From: Deferrisomatales bacterium
Lineage (GTDB): Bacteria; Desulfobacterota; Deferrisomatia; Deferrisomatales; JACRMM01
NCBI GenBank assembly: GCA_033551855.1
Contig: JAWSUI010000001.1
Span: 160,001-224,000, forward strand
Reading direction: 5' to 3'
Length of the DNA stretch: 64,000 nucleotides
How positions within the stretch are numbered: position 1 is the first letter of the stretch; every line of letters starts with the position of its first letter. Below, piece after piece: positions 40,704 to 51,779 of the stretch. The position numbers and the translations under genes are program-made. The notes beneath the pieces were generated by a model. The model ran no database searches. It saw only the letters and a program-made list of their open reading frames with translations, and was not told the origin of the DNA.

Positions 40704-42071
40704 GTGAGCCGAGACGCCAGAGTGGTCCTGGGGGCAGCCGACCCAAAGCCCAGGGGAACGTGGCTGGACACCTGGACGCCGGAGGACCCCCAGTTCTGGG
40801 CCAGCCAGGGCTCGCGTGTCGCGTGGAGCACCCTGATCATCACCACGGTGAGCCTGGTGCTGGCCTTCGGCACCTGGTTCATGGTGAGCGCCCTGGTGGT
40901 GCGCCTGCCGGCCATCGGGTTCCAGCTCAGCACCACCCAGCTCTTCTGGCTCGCCGCGATGCCGGGCCTGGCGGGGGGGTCGCTCCGCATCCTCCACACC
41001 TTTCTCGTCCCGATCTACGGGACGCGCCACGTGGTGTCGATCTCGACCCTGCTGCTCCTCGTCCCGGCCCTGGGCTGGGCCGTCGCGGTGCAGCACATCG
41101 GCACGCCCTACTGGGTCCTCATGCTGCTGGCCTTCACCGCCGGGTTTGGGGGCGGAAACTTCTCCTCCTTCATGCCCAGCACCAGCCTCTTCTTCCCCAA
41201 GCGAAAGCAGGGCACGGCCCTCGCGGTCCAGGCGGGGATCGGGAACCTCGGGGTGAGCATCACCCAGTTCGTCACCCCCTGGATCGTGGGTTTCGGGATC
41301 TTCGCCTTCCTGGGGCGGCCCCAGACGTTCACCCGGGGCGGGGTGAGCCAGGACATCTGGCTCCAGAACGCCGCCTACTGGTACATCCCGCTGATCCTCG
41401 TCTTCGGCGTGGCGGGTTGGTTCCTGCTCAAGAGCGTGCCGGTACGGGCGAACTTCCGGGAGCAGTTCGACATCTTCAAGGACAAGCACACCTGGTTCAT
41501 GACCAGCCTCTACATCATGACCTTCGGCACGTTCTCGGGGGCCTCGGCTTCCTTCCCCCTCCTCATCAAGGAGCTCTACACCGTGCTCCCCGGGGGTCCG
41601 GACCCGCTGACCTACGCCTTCATCGGACCCCTGATCGGCTCCCTGAGCCGTGTGGCGGCCGGTCCCCTGAGCGACCGGTTCGGCGGGGGCATCCTGACCG
41701 TGATCAGCGGCCTGGGGCTCCTGGGGTGCGCCGTGGGGGTGACGTTCTTCACGTCGCCGGAATCCATGGCCGAGTTTCCCTACTTCCTGACCGTCATGCT
41801 GGCACTCTTCTTCTTCTCCGGGGTCGGCAACGCGTCGACCTTCCGGCAGATGCCGTTGTGCTTCCCTCCGCGGCAGGCCGGCGGGGTCATCGGGTGGACG
41901 GCCGCCGTCGCGGCCTACGGCCCCTTCTTCTTCTCGGTCATCATCGGCACCCTGATCGCGAAGATGGGCTCGCCCAACCTGTTCTTCTTCGGCCTCGCCG
42001 CCTTCTGCCTGGCCAACGTGGCCATCTGCTGGTGGTACTACACCCGGCCGGGGGCGGAGAAGCCCTCGTAG
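40704..42071 (+). CDS. narK: Nitrate/nitrite MFS transporter (NarK2 type)
   Basis: WTPEDPQFW, GFGGGNFSSFM, GIGNLGVS and GVGNASTF; GTG start at 40704 after AAGGAG. Confidence 0.93.
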   Translation: MSRDARVVLGAADPKPRGTWLDTWTPEDPQFWASQGSRVAWSTLIITTVSLVLAFGTWFMVSALVVRLPAIGFQLSTTQLFWLAAMPGLAGGSLRILHTFLVPIYGTRHVVSISTLLLLVPALGWAVAVQHIGTPYWVLMLLAFTAGFGGGNFSSFMPSTSLFFPKRKQGTALAVQAGIGNLGVSITQFVTPWIVGFGIFAFLGRPQTFTRGGVSQDIWLQNAAYWYIPLILVFGVAGWFLLKSVPVRANFREQFDIFKDKHTWFMTSLYIMTFGTFSGASASFPLLIKELYTVLPGGPDPLTYAFIGPLIGSLSRVAAGPLSDRFGGGILTVISGLGLLGCAVGVTFFTSPESMAEFPYFLTVMLALFFFSGVGNASTFRQMPLCFPPRQAGGVIGWTAAVAAYGPFFFSVIIGTLIAKMGSPNLFFFGLAAFCLANVAICWWYYTRPGAEKPS

Positions 42072-42237
42072 CCCGGTTCGGCGGGAGGGTTTGACGGGCG
42101 CAGGTAGGATGCGGGAACGGTGCCATTGCGGGCCCGAATCGCGTCCGGAGCCGGCATCAGACCTTCCAATTTCTTCCGGGCACGCCCCACGGGGTACAAA
42201 GGCCTCGTCGCACATTCTCCGGACGGGAGGAGGAGAG

Positions 42238-42657
42238 ATGAGGCTTCTTCGGACGTGGTCACTCGGTTTGGCGATGCTTCTGGTGGGCGCAGCGGGGGCT
42301 GCCGCGAGCTACCGCTACATCTCGCCGGACGAGATGAACAAGCGGTTGGAGGCCGGGCCGGCCGCGGTGCTGGTGGACATCTGCCCGGCGGAGCAGTTCC
42401 AGAAGGGGCACCTCCCGGGCTCCATCCAGACCAACGCACACCCCGTGAAGACCGACCGGGAAAAGGCGATGCTCGAGAAGGCGCTTTCAGCAATCCAGGC
42501 CTCCGCCGGCTCGGACGTCGTTATAGTTTGTCCCCGCGGTGGCACAGGGGCCGAGCGAACGGTCCAGCACCTCAAAACCCTGGGGGTGGAGGAGAATCGG
42601 CTCCTCATCCTGGGGGGCGGGATCGAGCGCTGGCCCCACGGGACGGTGACGGACTGA
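42238..42657 (+). CDS. Exported rhodanese-like (sulfurtransferase) protein
   Basis: Signal peptide, LVDI...F..GHLPGS, active loop VIVCPRGG and LGGGIERW. Confidence 0.8.
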   Translation: MRLLRTWSLGLAMLLVGAAGAAASYRYISPDEMNKRLEAGPAAVLVDICPAEQFQKGHLPGSIQTNAHPVKTDREKAMLEKALSAIQASAGSDVVIVCPRGGTGAERTVQHLKTLGVEENRLLILGGGIERWPHGTVTD

Positions 42658-42759
42658 TCGAAGGCCCCGGGGCGCCGACCCTCTCCGGGGTGCTCCCCGC
42701 GGGACCACCTGTCCGGTCCCCCGGTTCATCCGGGCGACACGGCTGCGCAAAGGGGCGCC

Positions 42760-43005
42760 ATGGCAAAGCACTCCCATCGGTTCGTGGAGGATTTCGGGGG
42801 CTTCCTGGGGTACGGCCTGGACCGGGAGTCGAACGAGAACGTGGTCCGGTGGTATCTCCAGAAGCTGTCCGATGACGAGGTTTCAAAAGTGGTCGTGCGG
42901 CGGATGAGCGACCGAGAGCTGGAGGAGATCTTCGAAACCCTCGGGGGAATCCTCAGAAAACACCTCTCCGATGCCGAATACCACCGGTTGTTCTTGAAGG
43001 AGTGA
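42760..43005 (+). CDS. Small hypothetical protein
   Basis: 81-aa ORF with protein-like composition (MAKHSHRFVEDF...EYHRLFLKE); no function recognised. Confidence 0.7.
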   Translation: MAKHSHRFVEDFGGFLGYGLDRESNENVVRWYLQKLSDDEVSKVVVRRMSDRELEEIFETLGGILRKHLSDAEYHRLFLKE

Positions 43006-43091
43006 CCCGGGCTCGCCAGCCGGCGGGGCCCGATACGCGGGCGGCGGGTGACCGGAGCGCCTGCGGCGCAGGTGGGCCTCTCCGGATGCCG

Positions 43092-43982
<891 letters not shown>

Positions 43983-44188
43983 TCATCCGGGGAGTGGCCG
44001 GGTACTCGTGTCCAGGGACGATCGGGTGGGCCCGGCCACGTAGGCGGACGGCCGCTCGACGGGTGCAACTGCTTCGGGAGCCGCAATCTCGCGAGGATTC
44101 CGGATGCGGTGCGGGAGCGCTCCCACCGTGCAACCCGGCATCGTCTGCCGGAGTGGACGGGCCCACCCGGTCGTTTAGCGGAGGAACC

Positions 44189-44278
44189 AAAAATAAGAGG
44201 GGGAGCTCGGCGCTGCTCTCCGGGGGGGCAAAGAGCGTTGCGGTTCCGAACTCCCCCAACTGTGCTACGTGAGGGTAC
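44189..44278 (-). ncRNA. Candidate ~90-nt small RNA or attenuator leader
   Basis: TTGACA-17-CATAGT promoter (44313-44285), a 12-bp stem GGGGGAGUUCGG/CCGAGCUCCCCC followed by UCUUAUUUUU, and no ORF. Confidence 0.5.
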
Positions 44279-44835
44279 GAGGGAACTATGCACCGCCCTG
44301 TCGAGGCTGTCAACGGGAAAACGACATGGAAAACGGTCGTCTCCGCCGGGGGCGGGCCGCGTCGGGGAGTCCCTACATGTCTCTCTGATCATACAGGGGT
44401 CGGACCGCCTGCGAGGACGCCTCGCGGGGAGAGTGTCGGGAACACCCGACACGTTCCGGGGGCGATCTCTCGACACGGATCGCCGGCCCGCTCTGGGGGC
44501 AGGTTTTCGCCGCGGTCCGGAGTGTGCAAGGGGACCCCGCTCTCGCGGCCCTCCCCCCGACGGGCCCTTCGCCCGTGATGGGAGAATCTAGAAACGACGT
44601 TTCATCCGGGGGGGGCCGGCCGGGGCGACTCCTTGGCTCTCGTGGTCCGGGCCTACTTTTCGGGTGCTCGTCCCAGCCTCGGGGCTGAAAACGGAACGGT
44701 CGGCACCTGTTCTACAGTGGCAGCGCCCGTTTGTCCTTCGGGTGCTCCCAGGAACCCGCAGCAAAGCGCGGGGAGGGGACAGGGAAAGGCCTTGACCGTC
44801 CTGGAGATTTCTTCTACCGTGGCGCGCGCTTAAGG

Positions 44836-44857
44836 TTGACTGAATTTGTTTCAGTAA
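44836..44857 (+). promoter_or_regulatory. Promoter -35 overlapped by a palindromic operator upstream of the XRE regulator
   Basis: TTGACT overlapping ACTGAA-N5-TTCAGT (44839-44855) in an AT-rich patch. Confidence 0.5.
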
Positions 44858-45017
44858 TTCTAAATGACCTGCCGCCTTGCTTCGAGAGGGTTCCGGCACG
44901 GCGGCGACGGCTGGAGCGAGCCGGTCGTGGGGGGCGGGGGGGCGGCGGCCGCCAGAGGCCTCGGGGTGTGGGACCCCTCGGGGCGGTTTCTCGGCCCCAT
45001 CGCCCCCAGGGTGACCG

Positions 45018-45596
45018 ATGAAGAAACAGGTCCTGGAAATGCTGAATCTGGGAGCCCGCTTCAAGGAGCTCCGGCGGCAGAATGGGATGACGCTCAAAGA
45101 TCTGGCAGAGAAGACGGGTTTCAGCCCGGCGCTCCTCTCCCAGATCGAGAACAACATCGTCTCGCCCTCCATCTCGACCCTCTGGTCCTTGGCCGAAGCG
45201 CTGGGCGTGAAGATCGGATATTTCTTCCAGCAGGAAGGCGAGGAGCTCCAGGATTACGTGGTCACGCGGGCAGGCAGGGAGGCTCTGGTGTATCGGAACG
45301 AGCTTCCCCACACCCTGCCCTATCGCGACCTGGCCTACGGCCTCGAAGACCGGGGCATGAGCCCGTTTCTGATCGTGTGCGATGAGGCGTGTGAATTCTC
45401 GCTCAAGGAAGTGGTCTACGAGGGTCAGGAGTTCCTCTTCCTGATTCAAGGAGCCATCGACGTGGTCTACGGGGAGAAGCGGTTCGAGTTGGGGCCCGGC
45501 GACAGCATCTATTACAACGCGGGAATCCCCCACAGGATCGAGGCCCGCCAGGGAGCCCGGTTCCTGGCCGTGCTCTTCGAGGCCCACAAGCACTGA
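45018..45596 (+). CDS. XRE-family HTH plus cupin transcriptional regulator
   Basis: LRRQNGMTLKDLAEKTGFSPALLSQIENNIVSPSISTL, then the cupin segment GQEFLFLIQG...GDSIYY...PH. Confidence 0.9.
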   Translation: MKKQVLEMLNLGARFKELRRQNGMTLKDLAEKTGFSPALLSQIENNIVSPSISTLWSLAEALGVKIGYFFQQEGEELQDYVVTRAGREALVYRNELPHTLPYRDLAYGLEDRGMSPFLIVCDEACEFSLKEVVYEGQEFLFLIQGAIDVVYGEKRFELGPGDSIYYNAGIPHRIEARQGARFLAVLFEAHKH

Positions 45597-45631
45597 TGCG
45601 CCGGGGCGCTACGACCCCAGGAGGAGTGTCC

Positions 45632-46819
45632 ATGATTCGCGAGGCCGTGATCGTTTCCGCCTGCCGTACCCCGATCGGGGGGTATCTGGGCACCCTGCTT
45701 CCCCACAGCGCCACCGACCTGGGCGGGATCGCCGTCCAGGAGGCGGTGCGCCGTGCCGGGATCGAGCCGGGGGACGTGGAGGAGTGCATTCTGGGCAGCG
45801 TCCTCCAGGCGGGGCTCGGCCAGAACCCCGCCCGCCAGGCGGCGCTGAAGGGGGGTCTCGCGCCCTCGGTGAACGCCTTTACCGTGAACAAGGTGTGTGG
45901 CTCGGGGCTCAAAGCCGTCATGCTGGCCTCGCAGGCGGTGGCTCTCGGAGAGGCTGAGGTCGTCGTGGCCGGCGGTATGGAGAGCATGTCGAACGCGCCC
46001 TACCTCCAGAGGAACCTTCGGGGAGGCGTTCGACTGGGGAACTTTCCCACCATCGACGCCATGGTCCACGACGGGCTCTGGTGTGCGTTCCACGACGTAC
46101 ACATGGGCAACCTCGCGGAGTTCACCGCGGAGAGGGCGGGCTTGTCCCGCCAGGAGCTGGACGAGTTCGCGGCGGGAAGCCAGCAGAAGGCGGGCCGCGC
46201 CATCACCTCCGGGGCATTCCGGCGGGAGATCGTGGCCGTGGAGGTGGCCCAGAAGAAGGGCCCGCCCGCGGTCTTCGACACCGACGAGTCGGTCAAGCCA
46301 CAGACGACGGTGGAGGCCCTGTCCAAGCTCCGACCCGCATTCCAGAAGGACGGCGTGGTGACGGCGGGCAACGCCCCGGGCCTCACCGATGGGGCGAGCG
46401 CGGTGGTCGTGACGAGCCGGGAGTTCGCGAAGGCCAGGAACCTCCCCGTCCTGGCGGTGGTCAAGGAGCGGGCCGCAGCGCACCGGGAGCCGAAGGAGGT
46501 CTTCTTTGCCCCCATTGACGCGGTTCGCAAGGTCATGGCCCGGGGCGGCTACGGCATCGGAGATTTCGACCTCGTCGAGGCCAACGAGGCCTTCGCGTCC
46601 CAGTGCTTGGCGGACGGAAGGGAGCTCGGCTGGGACTGGGACAGGGTCAATGTCAACGGCGGCGCCATTGCCTTGGGGCATCCCATTGGCGCCAGCGGCG
46701 CCCGGGTGTTGACGACACTTCTCTACGCCATGGAGGCTCGGGGTGCGGGCCGGGGGCTCGCGACTCTGTGCCTGGGCGGGGGGGGGGCGGTCGCACTGGT
46801 GGTCGAGCGCGAGGGGTGA
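45632..46819 (+). CDS. Acetyl-CoA C-acetyltransferase (thiolase)
   Basis: [31 protein letters not shown] and CLGGG. Confidence 0.96.
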   Translation: MIREAVIVSACRTPIGGYLGTLLPHSATDLGGIAVQEAVRRAGIEPGDVEECILGSVLQAGLGQNPARQAALKGGLAPSVNAFTVNKVCGSGLKAVMLASQAVALGEAEVVVAGGMESMSNAPYLQRNLRGGVRLGNFPTIDAMVHDGLWCAFHDVHMGNLAEFTAERAGLSRQELDEFAAGSQQKAGRAITSGAFRREIVAVEVAQKKGPPAVFDTDESVKPQTTVEALSKLRPAFQKDGVVTAGNAPGLTDGASAVVVTSREFAKARNLPVLAVVKERAAAHREPKEVFFAPIDAVRKVMARGGYGIGDFDLVEANEAFASQCLADGRELGWDWDRVNVNGGAIALGHPIGASGARVLTTLLYAMEARGAGRGLATLCLGGGGAVALVVEREG

Positions 46820-46882
46820 GGGCCGGCGCGCCGCCGGCCGCATAGACGGAAACGCTGCATTTTCTCAGAGACGGAGGAAGCC

Positions 46883-47737
46883 ATGGCGATCCAGAAGGTG
46901 GGAGTGATCGGAGCCGGGACGATGGGGCACGGCATCGCGCAGGTATTCGCAGTAGGAGGCTACTCGGTCGTCTTGCGGGACATCTCCGACGAGTTCGTGC
47001 AGAAGGGTATGGCCGCGATCGGGAAGAATCTCGACCGTCTGGTAGCCAAGGAGAAGATGACAGCCGCGGAGAGGGACGCCGCCTTGGGCCGCATCCAGGG
47101 AACCACCGACCTCGAGGCCCTCGCCGACGTGGACGTGGCGGTGGAGGCCGCCACGGAGAACCTGGAGATCAAGCTCAAGATCTTTGGGGACCTCGACCGG
47201 ATCACCAAACCGGAGGCGATCCTTGCCTCGAACACGTCGTCCATCTCGATCACCAAGGTCGGGAAGGCCACAAAGCGGCCCGACCGCGTCATCGGCATGC
47301 ACTTCATGAACCCGGTGCCGGTGATGAAGCTCATCGAGATCATCCGCGGCCTCCAGACCTCCGACGAGGTGTTCTCCGCCATCGAGGACCTCTCCAAGAA
47401 GCTCGGCAAAGTGCCGGTGTCGGTGAACGACAGCCCCGGGTTCGTGTCGAACCGGATTCTCCTCCCGATGATCAACGAGGCGGTGTTCACCCTCTACGAG
47501 GGGATTGCCTCGCCCAAGGACATCGACACGGTGATGAAGCTCGGGATGAACCATCCGATGGGCCCACTGGAGCTGGCGGATCTCATCGGCCTCGACGTCT
47601 GCCTGTACATCATGGAAGTGCTTTACGAGGGTTTCGGCGACTCCAAGTATCGGCCGTGTCCCCTCCTGAAGAAGATGGTGGATGCCGGGAACCTCGGCCG
47701 GAAGACCGGCAAGGGTTTCTACGACTACACGAACTGA
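46883..47737 (+). CDS. hbd: 3-hydroxybutyryl-CoA dehydrogenase
   Basis: [21 protein letters not shown] and [15 protein letters not shown]. Confidence 0.95.
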   Translation: MAIQKVGVIGAGTMGHGIAQVFAVGGYSVVLRDISDEFVQKGMAAIGKNLDRLVAKEKMTAAERDAALGRIQGTTDLEALADVDVAVEAATENLEIKLKIFGDLDRITKPEAILASNTSSISITKVGKATKRPDRVIGMHFMNPVPVMKLIEIIRGLQTSDEVFSAIEDLSKKLGKVPVSVNDSPGFVSNRILLPMINEAVFTLYEGIASPKDIDTVMKLGMNHPMGPLELADLIGLDVCLYIMEVLYEGFGDSKYRPCPLLKKMVDAGNLGRKTGKGFYDYTN

Positions 47738-47750
47738 GGGAGGTTCTGTC

Positions 47751-48536
47751 ATGGCCTACGCGAACATCCTGCTCGAGATGCCCGAAGCCGGGTTGTACGT
47801 GCTCACCGTCAACCGCCCCAAGGCGCTCAACGCCCTGACTGCGGAAACCCTGGACGAGATGGCCGCTGCGGTGGTCCACGTGGCTGCGGACCCGCGGGCG
47901 CGGGTGCTTCTCCTCACCGGCGCCGGGGACAAGGCCTTCGTGGCCGGGGCCGACATCAGCCAGATGCGGTCCTTCACGGCCCTGGAGGCAAAGGATTTCT
48001 CCCTGAAGGGCCTGCGCACGTTCCGCAGTCTGGAGAACCTGCCCGTCCCGACCATCGCCGTGGTGAACGGCTACTGCCTCGGCGGGGGCTGCGAGCTCGC
48101 CATGAGTTGCGATTGGGTCCTTGCCAGCGACAAGGCCGTCTTCGGGCAGCCCGAGGTGGGCCTGGGGGTCACCCCCGGGTTCGGCGGAACCCAGCGCCTC
48201 ACCCGTCTGGTGGGGCGGGCCCGCGCCATGGAGCTCGTAACCACCGCCCGTCAGGTCAGGGCGGAGGAGGCCCGCCAGATCGGTCTCGCCAACCACGTGT
48301 TCGCCGGTGAGGTCCTGATGGAGGAGGCCATGAAGATGGCCCGGGTCGTGGCGTCGAAGGGTCCGGCGGCGGTGCGGCTCGCCAAGGAGGGGGTGCAGCG
48401 GGGGCAGGACCTGGACCTCGACAACGCCTGCATCCTCGAGAGCGACCTGTTCTCCCTGTGCTTCGCGACGGAGGACCAGAAGGAAGGAATGGGCGCTTTC
48501 CTGGAGAAGCGCAAAGCCCAGTTCCGGGGCGCCTGA
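47751..48536 (+). CDS. crt: Enoyl-CoA hydratase (crotonase)
   Basis: NRPKALNAL, AFVAGADI, GGGCELA and PGFGGTQRL. Confidence 0.93.
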   Translation: MAYANILLEMPEAGLYVLTVNRPKALNALTAETLDEMAAAVVHVAADPRARVLLLTGAGDKAFVAGADISQMRSFTALEAKDFSLKGLRTFRSLENLPVPTIAVVNGYCLGGGCELAMSCDWVLASDKAVFGQPEVGLGVTPGFGGTQRLTRLVGRARAMELVTTARQVRAEEARQIGLANHVFAGEVLMEEAMKMARVVASKGPAAVRLAKEGVQRGQDLDLDNACILESDLFSLCFATEDQKEGMGAFLEKRKAQFRGA

Positions 48537-48633
48537 CGTTCCGGGGTGATTGCCCTGGAAATGTGAGGGGTTTTGTGGTTGGCTTGGGCGCGCCGCAGCG
48601 GTCGCCCAAGGCCGCCCGACGAGGAGGGGCCGC

Positions 48634-49779
48634 ATGAACTTCGAATTGGACGACATCCAGACCATGGTCCGGGACACCGCGCGCAAGTTTGCGCGGGAAG
48701 AGGTGGCCCCCTACGCAGCGGAGATGGACAAGGCGGCTGCGTTTCGTATGGACCTGGTCCGGCAGATGGGAGAGCTGGGTTTCCTCGGCGTCGCCATTCC
48801 TGAGGAATTCGGGGGCGGCGGCATGGACTACCGGTGCTACGCGATCGTGGTCGAGGAGCTCTCGACCGTGTGCGCCTCCACCGGGGTCGTGGTGTCGGCC
48901 CACTCGAGCCTCTGCTGTGACCCGATCTACCGCAGCGGAACAGAGGAACAGAAGCGGAAGTTTCTCGTCCCCCTGGCCTCGGGAAGGATGCTCGGCTGCC
49001 TGGGGCTCACCGAGTCCCAGGCCGGCAGCGATGCGGGCAACCAGAAGACGACCGCGGTGCGGGACGGAGATGAGTGGGTCCTCAACGGCAGCAAGATCTT
49101 CATCACCAACGGCGGTCCGGCCGGCGTGGCGGTCGTGATCGCCGTCACGAACAAGGCCGCCGGCAGCAAGGGGCTGTCCGCCTTCATCGTGCCCGCCGAC
49201 GCCCGTGGCTACAAGGTGGCGAAGGAGGAGCACAAGTTGGGCATCCGCGCCAGCTCCACGGCAGAGCTGGTCTTCGACGAGTGCCGCATCCCGTCAGAAA
49301 ACCTCCTGGGCAAGGAGGGTGACGGCTTCAAGATCGCGCTCCAGACCCTGGACGGGGGGCGCATCGGTATCGCGGCCCAAGCCGTCGGGATCGCGCGGGG
49401 GGCCCTCGAGCACGCCACGGCCTACGCCAAGGAGCGGGTGCAGTTCGGCCAGTCGATCTCGAGCTTTCAGGCCATCCAGTGGAAGCTCGCGGACATGGCC
49501 ACCGAGATCGACGCCGCCCGGCTCCTCACCTGGCGGGCCGCCTGGATGAAAGACAAGGGGCTGAAGAATTTCGGCAAGGAAGCGGCCATGGCGAAGCTCT
49601 TCGCCGCGGACGCCGCCATGAAGGCAACCCGCGAAGCCATCCAGGTTTTCGGGGGCTACGGGTATATCGACGAGTACCCGGTGGAGCGGTTCTACCGGGA
49701 CGCCAAGATCACCGAGATCTACGAAGGCACGAGCGAGGTGCAGAAGATGGTGATCGCCCGCGCCGTGCTCCGCGATTGA
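48634..49779 (+). CDS. bcd: Short-chain (butyryl-) acyl-CoA dehydrogenase
   Basis: LTESQAGSD, KIFITNG, GGRIGIAAQ, RVQFG and [13 protein letters not shown]. Confidence 0.92.
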   Translation: MNFELDDIQTMVRDTARKFAREEVAPYAAEMDKAAAFRMDLVRQMGELGFLGVAIPEEFGGGGMDYRCYAIVVEELSTVCASTGVVVSAHSSLCCDPIYRSGTEEQKRKFLVPLASGRMLGCLGLTESQAGSDAGNQKTTAVRDGDEWVLNGSKIFITNGGPAGVAVVIAVTNKAAGSKGLSAFIVPADARGYKVAKEEHKLGIRASSTAELVFDECRIPSENLLGKEGDGFKIALQTLDGGRIGIAAQAVGIARGALEHATAYAKERVQFGQSISSFQAIQWKLADMATEIDAARLLTWRAAWMKDKGLKNFGKEAAMAKLFAADAAMKATREAIQVFGGYGYIDEYPVERFYRDAKITEIYEGTSEVQKMVIARAVLRD

Positions 49780-49816
49780 CGCAGACGGGGTCACCCCAGA
49801 CAGAGGAGGGAAACCG

Positions 49817-50563
49817 ATGAAGATCATGGTGCCCGTGCGCAGGGTCCCGAATCCCGATGTGAAGGTCCGCTTGAAGAAGGACGGCACGGGGATCGAGACG
49901 GAAGGCGTCAACTTCCTGGTGAACAACTTCGACGAGTGGGCGATCGAGGAGGCCGTTCGGATCACCGAGAAGGGGGGCGGCGAGGTGTTCCTGGTCTCCA
50001 TCGGGGGGCCGGAGAACGAGGAAACCCTGCGGGCCGGTCTGGCCCTGGGTGCGCACCGGGCCTACCTGGTCACGGTGGACCAGCCGTACGAGAGCTCGGT
50101 CATCGCCGACCTCCTCGCCGCGGTCTACAAGCTGGAGAGCCCGGACATGGTGATTGCGGGCAAGCAGAGCGTGGACACCGACAACAACCAGGCGGCCCAG
50201 ATGCTGGCGGCCAAGCTGGGGCTGCCCCAGGCGTGCTTCGCCTTCCGGGTATCCGTGGACGGCGCCAAGGCGACGGTGCAGCGGGAGATCGACGGCGGGC
50301 TCGAGACCAAGGAGGTCGAGCTTCCCTGCGTCATCACCGCCGACCTGCGCCTGAACACCCCCCGGTATGCCAGCCTGCCGGCCATCATGAAGGCCAAGAA
50401 GAAGGAAGTGAAGAAGGTCACCGTGGCGGAGCTCGGCGTCTCGGCGACGAACCGCACCCGGGTCCTCGGCCTCAAGGAGCCGCCGCCGCGCAAGGCCGGC
50501 CAGAGGGTATCGAGCGTGGACGAGCTCGTGGAGAAGCTGGTCAACGAGGCAAAGGCCCTATAA
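49817..50563 (+). CDS. etfB: Electron transfer flavoprotein beta subunit
   Basis: NNFDEWAIEEA, GKQSVDTD, REIDGG and LNTPRYASL. Confidence 0.95.
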   Translation: MKIMVPVRRVPNPDVKVRLKKDGTGIETEGVNFLVNNFDEWAIEEAVRITEKGGGEVFLVSIGGPENEETLRAGLALGAHRAYLVTVDQPYESSVIADLLAAVYKLESPDMVIAGKQSVDTDNNQAAQMLAAKLGLPQACFAFRVSVDGAKATVQREIDGGLETKEVELPCVITADLRLNTPRYASLPAIMKAKKKEVKKVTVAELGVSATNRTRVLGLKEPPPRKAGQRVSSVDELVEKLVNEAKAL

Positions 50564-50583
50564 TCAACCCCCTTCCCTAGTCT

Positions 50584-50616
50584 CCCTCTCCCCCCGGGAG
50601 AGGGCCGGGGGGAGGG
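50584..50616. repeat. REP-like palindrome CCCTCTCCC-N3-GGGAGAGGG-CCGGGGGGAGGG
   Basis: 9-bp perfect IR with a G-rich tail in the etfB-etfA gap. Confidence 0.55.
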
Positions 50617-50730
50617 CGCTAGAACCAGCAAGGCACTCCCCGGGAAGACGGCCCGGTTGAGGATGGAGAGAACCAAGTCCGCGCCCCGGCACAGGCCGTC
50701 ACGCGGGTCTCACAGAAAAGGAGAGACGCA

Positions 50731-51705
50731 ATGTCCATTCTGGTGATCGCCGAGATGAGGGAAGGCGACGTCCGGCACGCTTCCTACCCTGCCATCACCG
50801 CGGGGAAGATCCTGGCGGAGCAGTTGGGCGCCACGTACGACGTGCTCGTTCTGGGCGCAGGCGCCAAGGCCGGGGCGGAAAGGCTCAAAGACTTCGGCGC
50901 CAAGAACGTCTACTGGTCCGAGGCTCCGGCCGTGGCGGACTACACCGCGGAAGGTCACGCCCAGGTGGCGTCCGACCTGGTGAAGGAGAAGGGTCTTGCC
51001 GTGGTTTTGGCGGCAGCCACGACCACGGGCAAGGACATGATGCCCCGGATGGCCGCTCTGCTGGAAGCGGGCATGGTGAGCGACGTCATCGCGTTCCAGA
51101 AGGGGGACGCGGGCACGGTGTACGTCCGGCCGATGTATGCCGGCAACGCCGAGGCGAGCGTCGTCGTCGACACGCCGGTGCACGTGCTCACCGTCCGGGA
51201 GACTGCCTTCGACGCGGCCGCCCCCGGGGGCGTGCCGGCCGCGGTGGCCGAGGTGCCGGTGAGCCTGGATCCCGCGAGCCTCAAGGCGAAGTTCGTCTCC
51301 TATCAGCTCACGAAGTCGGCGCGGCCGGAGCTCACGGAGGCAAAGATCGTCGTCTCGGCCGGCCGCGGGTGCAAGGATGCCGAGGGCGTGAAGCTCGTGG
51401 AGCAGCTCGCCGACCTTCTCGAGGCAGCGGTCGGCGCGAGCCGGGCGGTGGTCGATGAGGGGCTCCTGCCCAACGACCTCCAGGTGGGCCAGACGGGGAA
51501 GATCGTCGCCCCCGACCTGTATTTCGCGCTGGGGATCTCGGGGGCCATCCAGCACGTGGCCGGCATGAAGGGCGCCAAGGTCATCGTGGCGGTGAACAAG
51601 GACGAGGAGGCCCCCATCTTCGAGGTGGCCGACTACGGTCTCGTGGACGACGTCTTCAAGGCCGTACCGAAGCTGGTGGAAAAGATCAAGCAGGCGAAGG
51701 GCTGA
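50731..51705 (+). CDS. etfA: Electron transfer flavoprotein alpha subunit
   Basis: RPELTEAKIVVSAGRG, GASRAVVD, QVGQTGK and GISGAIQH. Confidence 0.96.
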   Translation: MSILVIAEMREGDVRHASYPAITAGKILAEQLGATYDVLVLGAGAKAGAERLKDFGAKNVYWSEAPAVADYTAEGHAQVASDLVKEKGLAVVLAAATTTGKDMMPRMAALLEAGMVSDVIAFQKGDAGTVYVRPMYAGNAEASVVVDTPVHVLTVRETAFDAAAPGGVPAAVAEVPVSLDPASLKAKFVSYQLTKSARPELTEAKIVVSAGRGCKDAEGVKLVEQLADLLEAAVGASRAVVDEGLLPNDLQVGQTGKIVAPDLYFALGISGAIQHVAGMKGAKVIVAVNKDEEAPIFEVADYGLVDDVFKAVPKLVEKIKQAKG

Positions 51706-51779
51706 CCGATCGGCGGGGGCCGGCTCGGCCGCCCCCGCCGCCAGCCAGACAGACAGCCAGACAGACAGAGGGAACGACC

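Noticed and set aside
51743..51768. AGCCAGACAGAC x2 microrepeat before the FadF/EMO gene as a phase-variation tract
   Set aside because: It has too few units and is intergenic, with no evidence of function.
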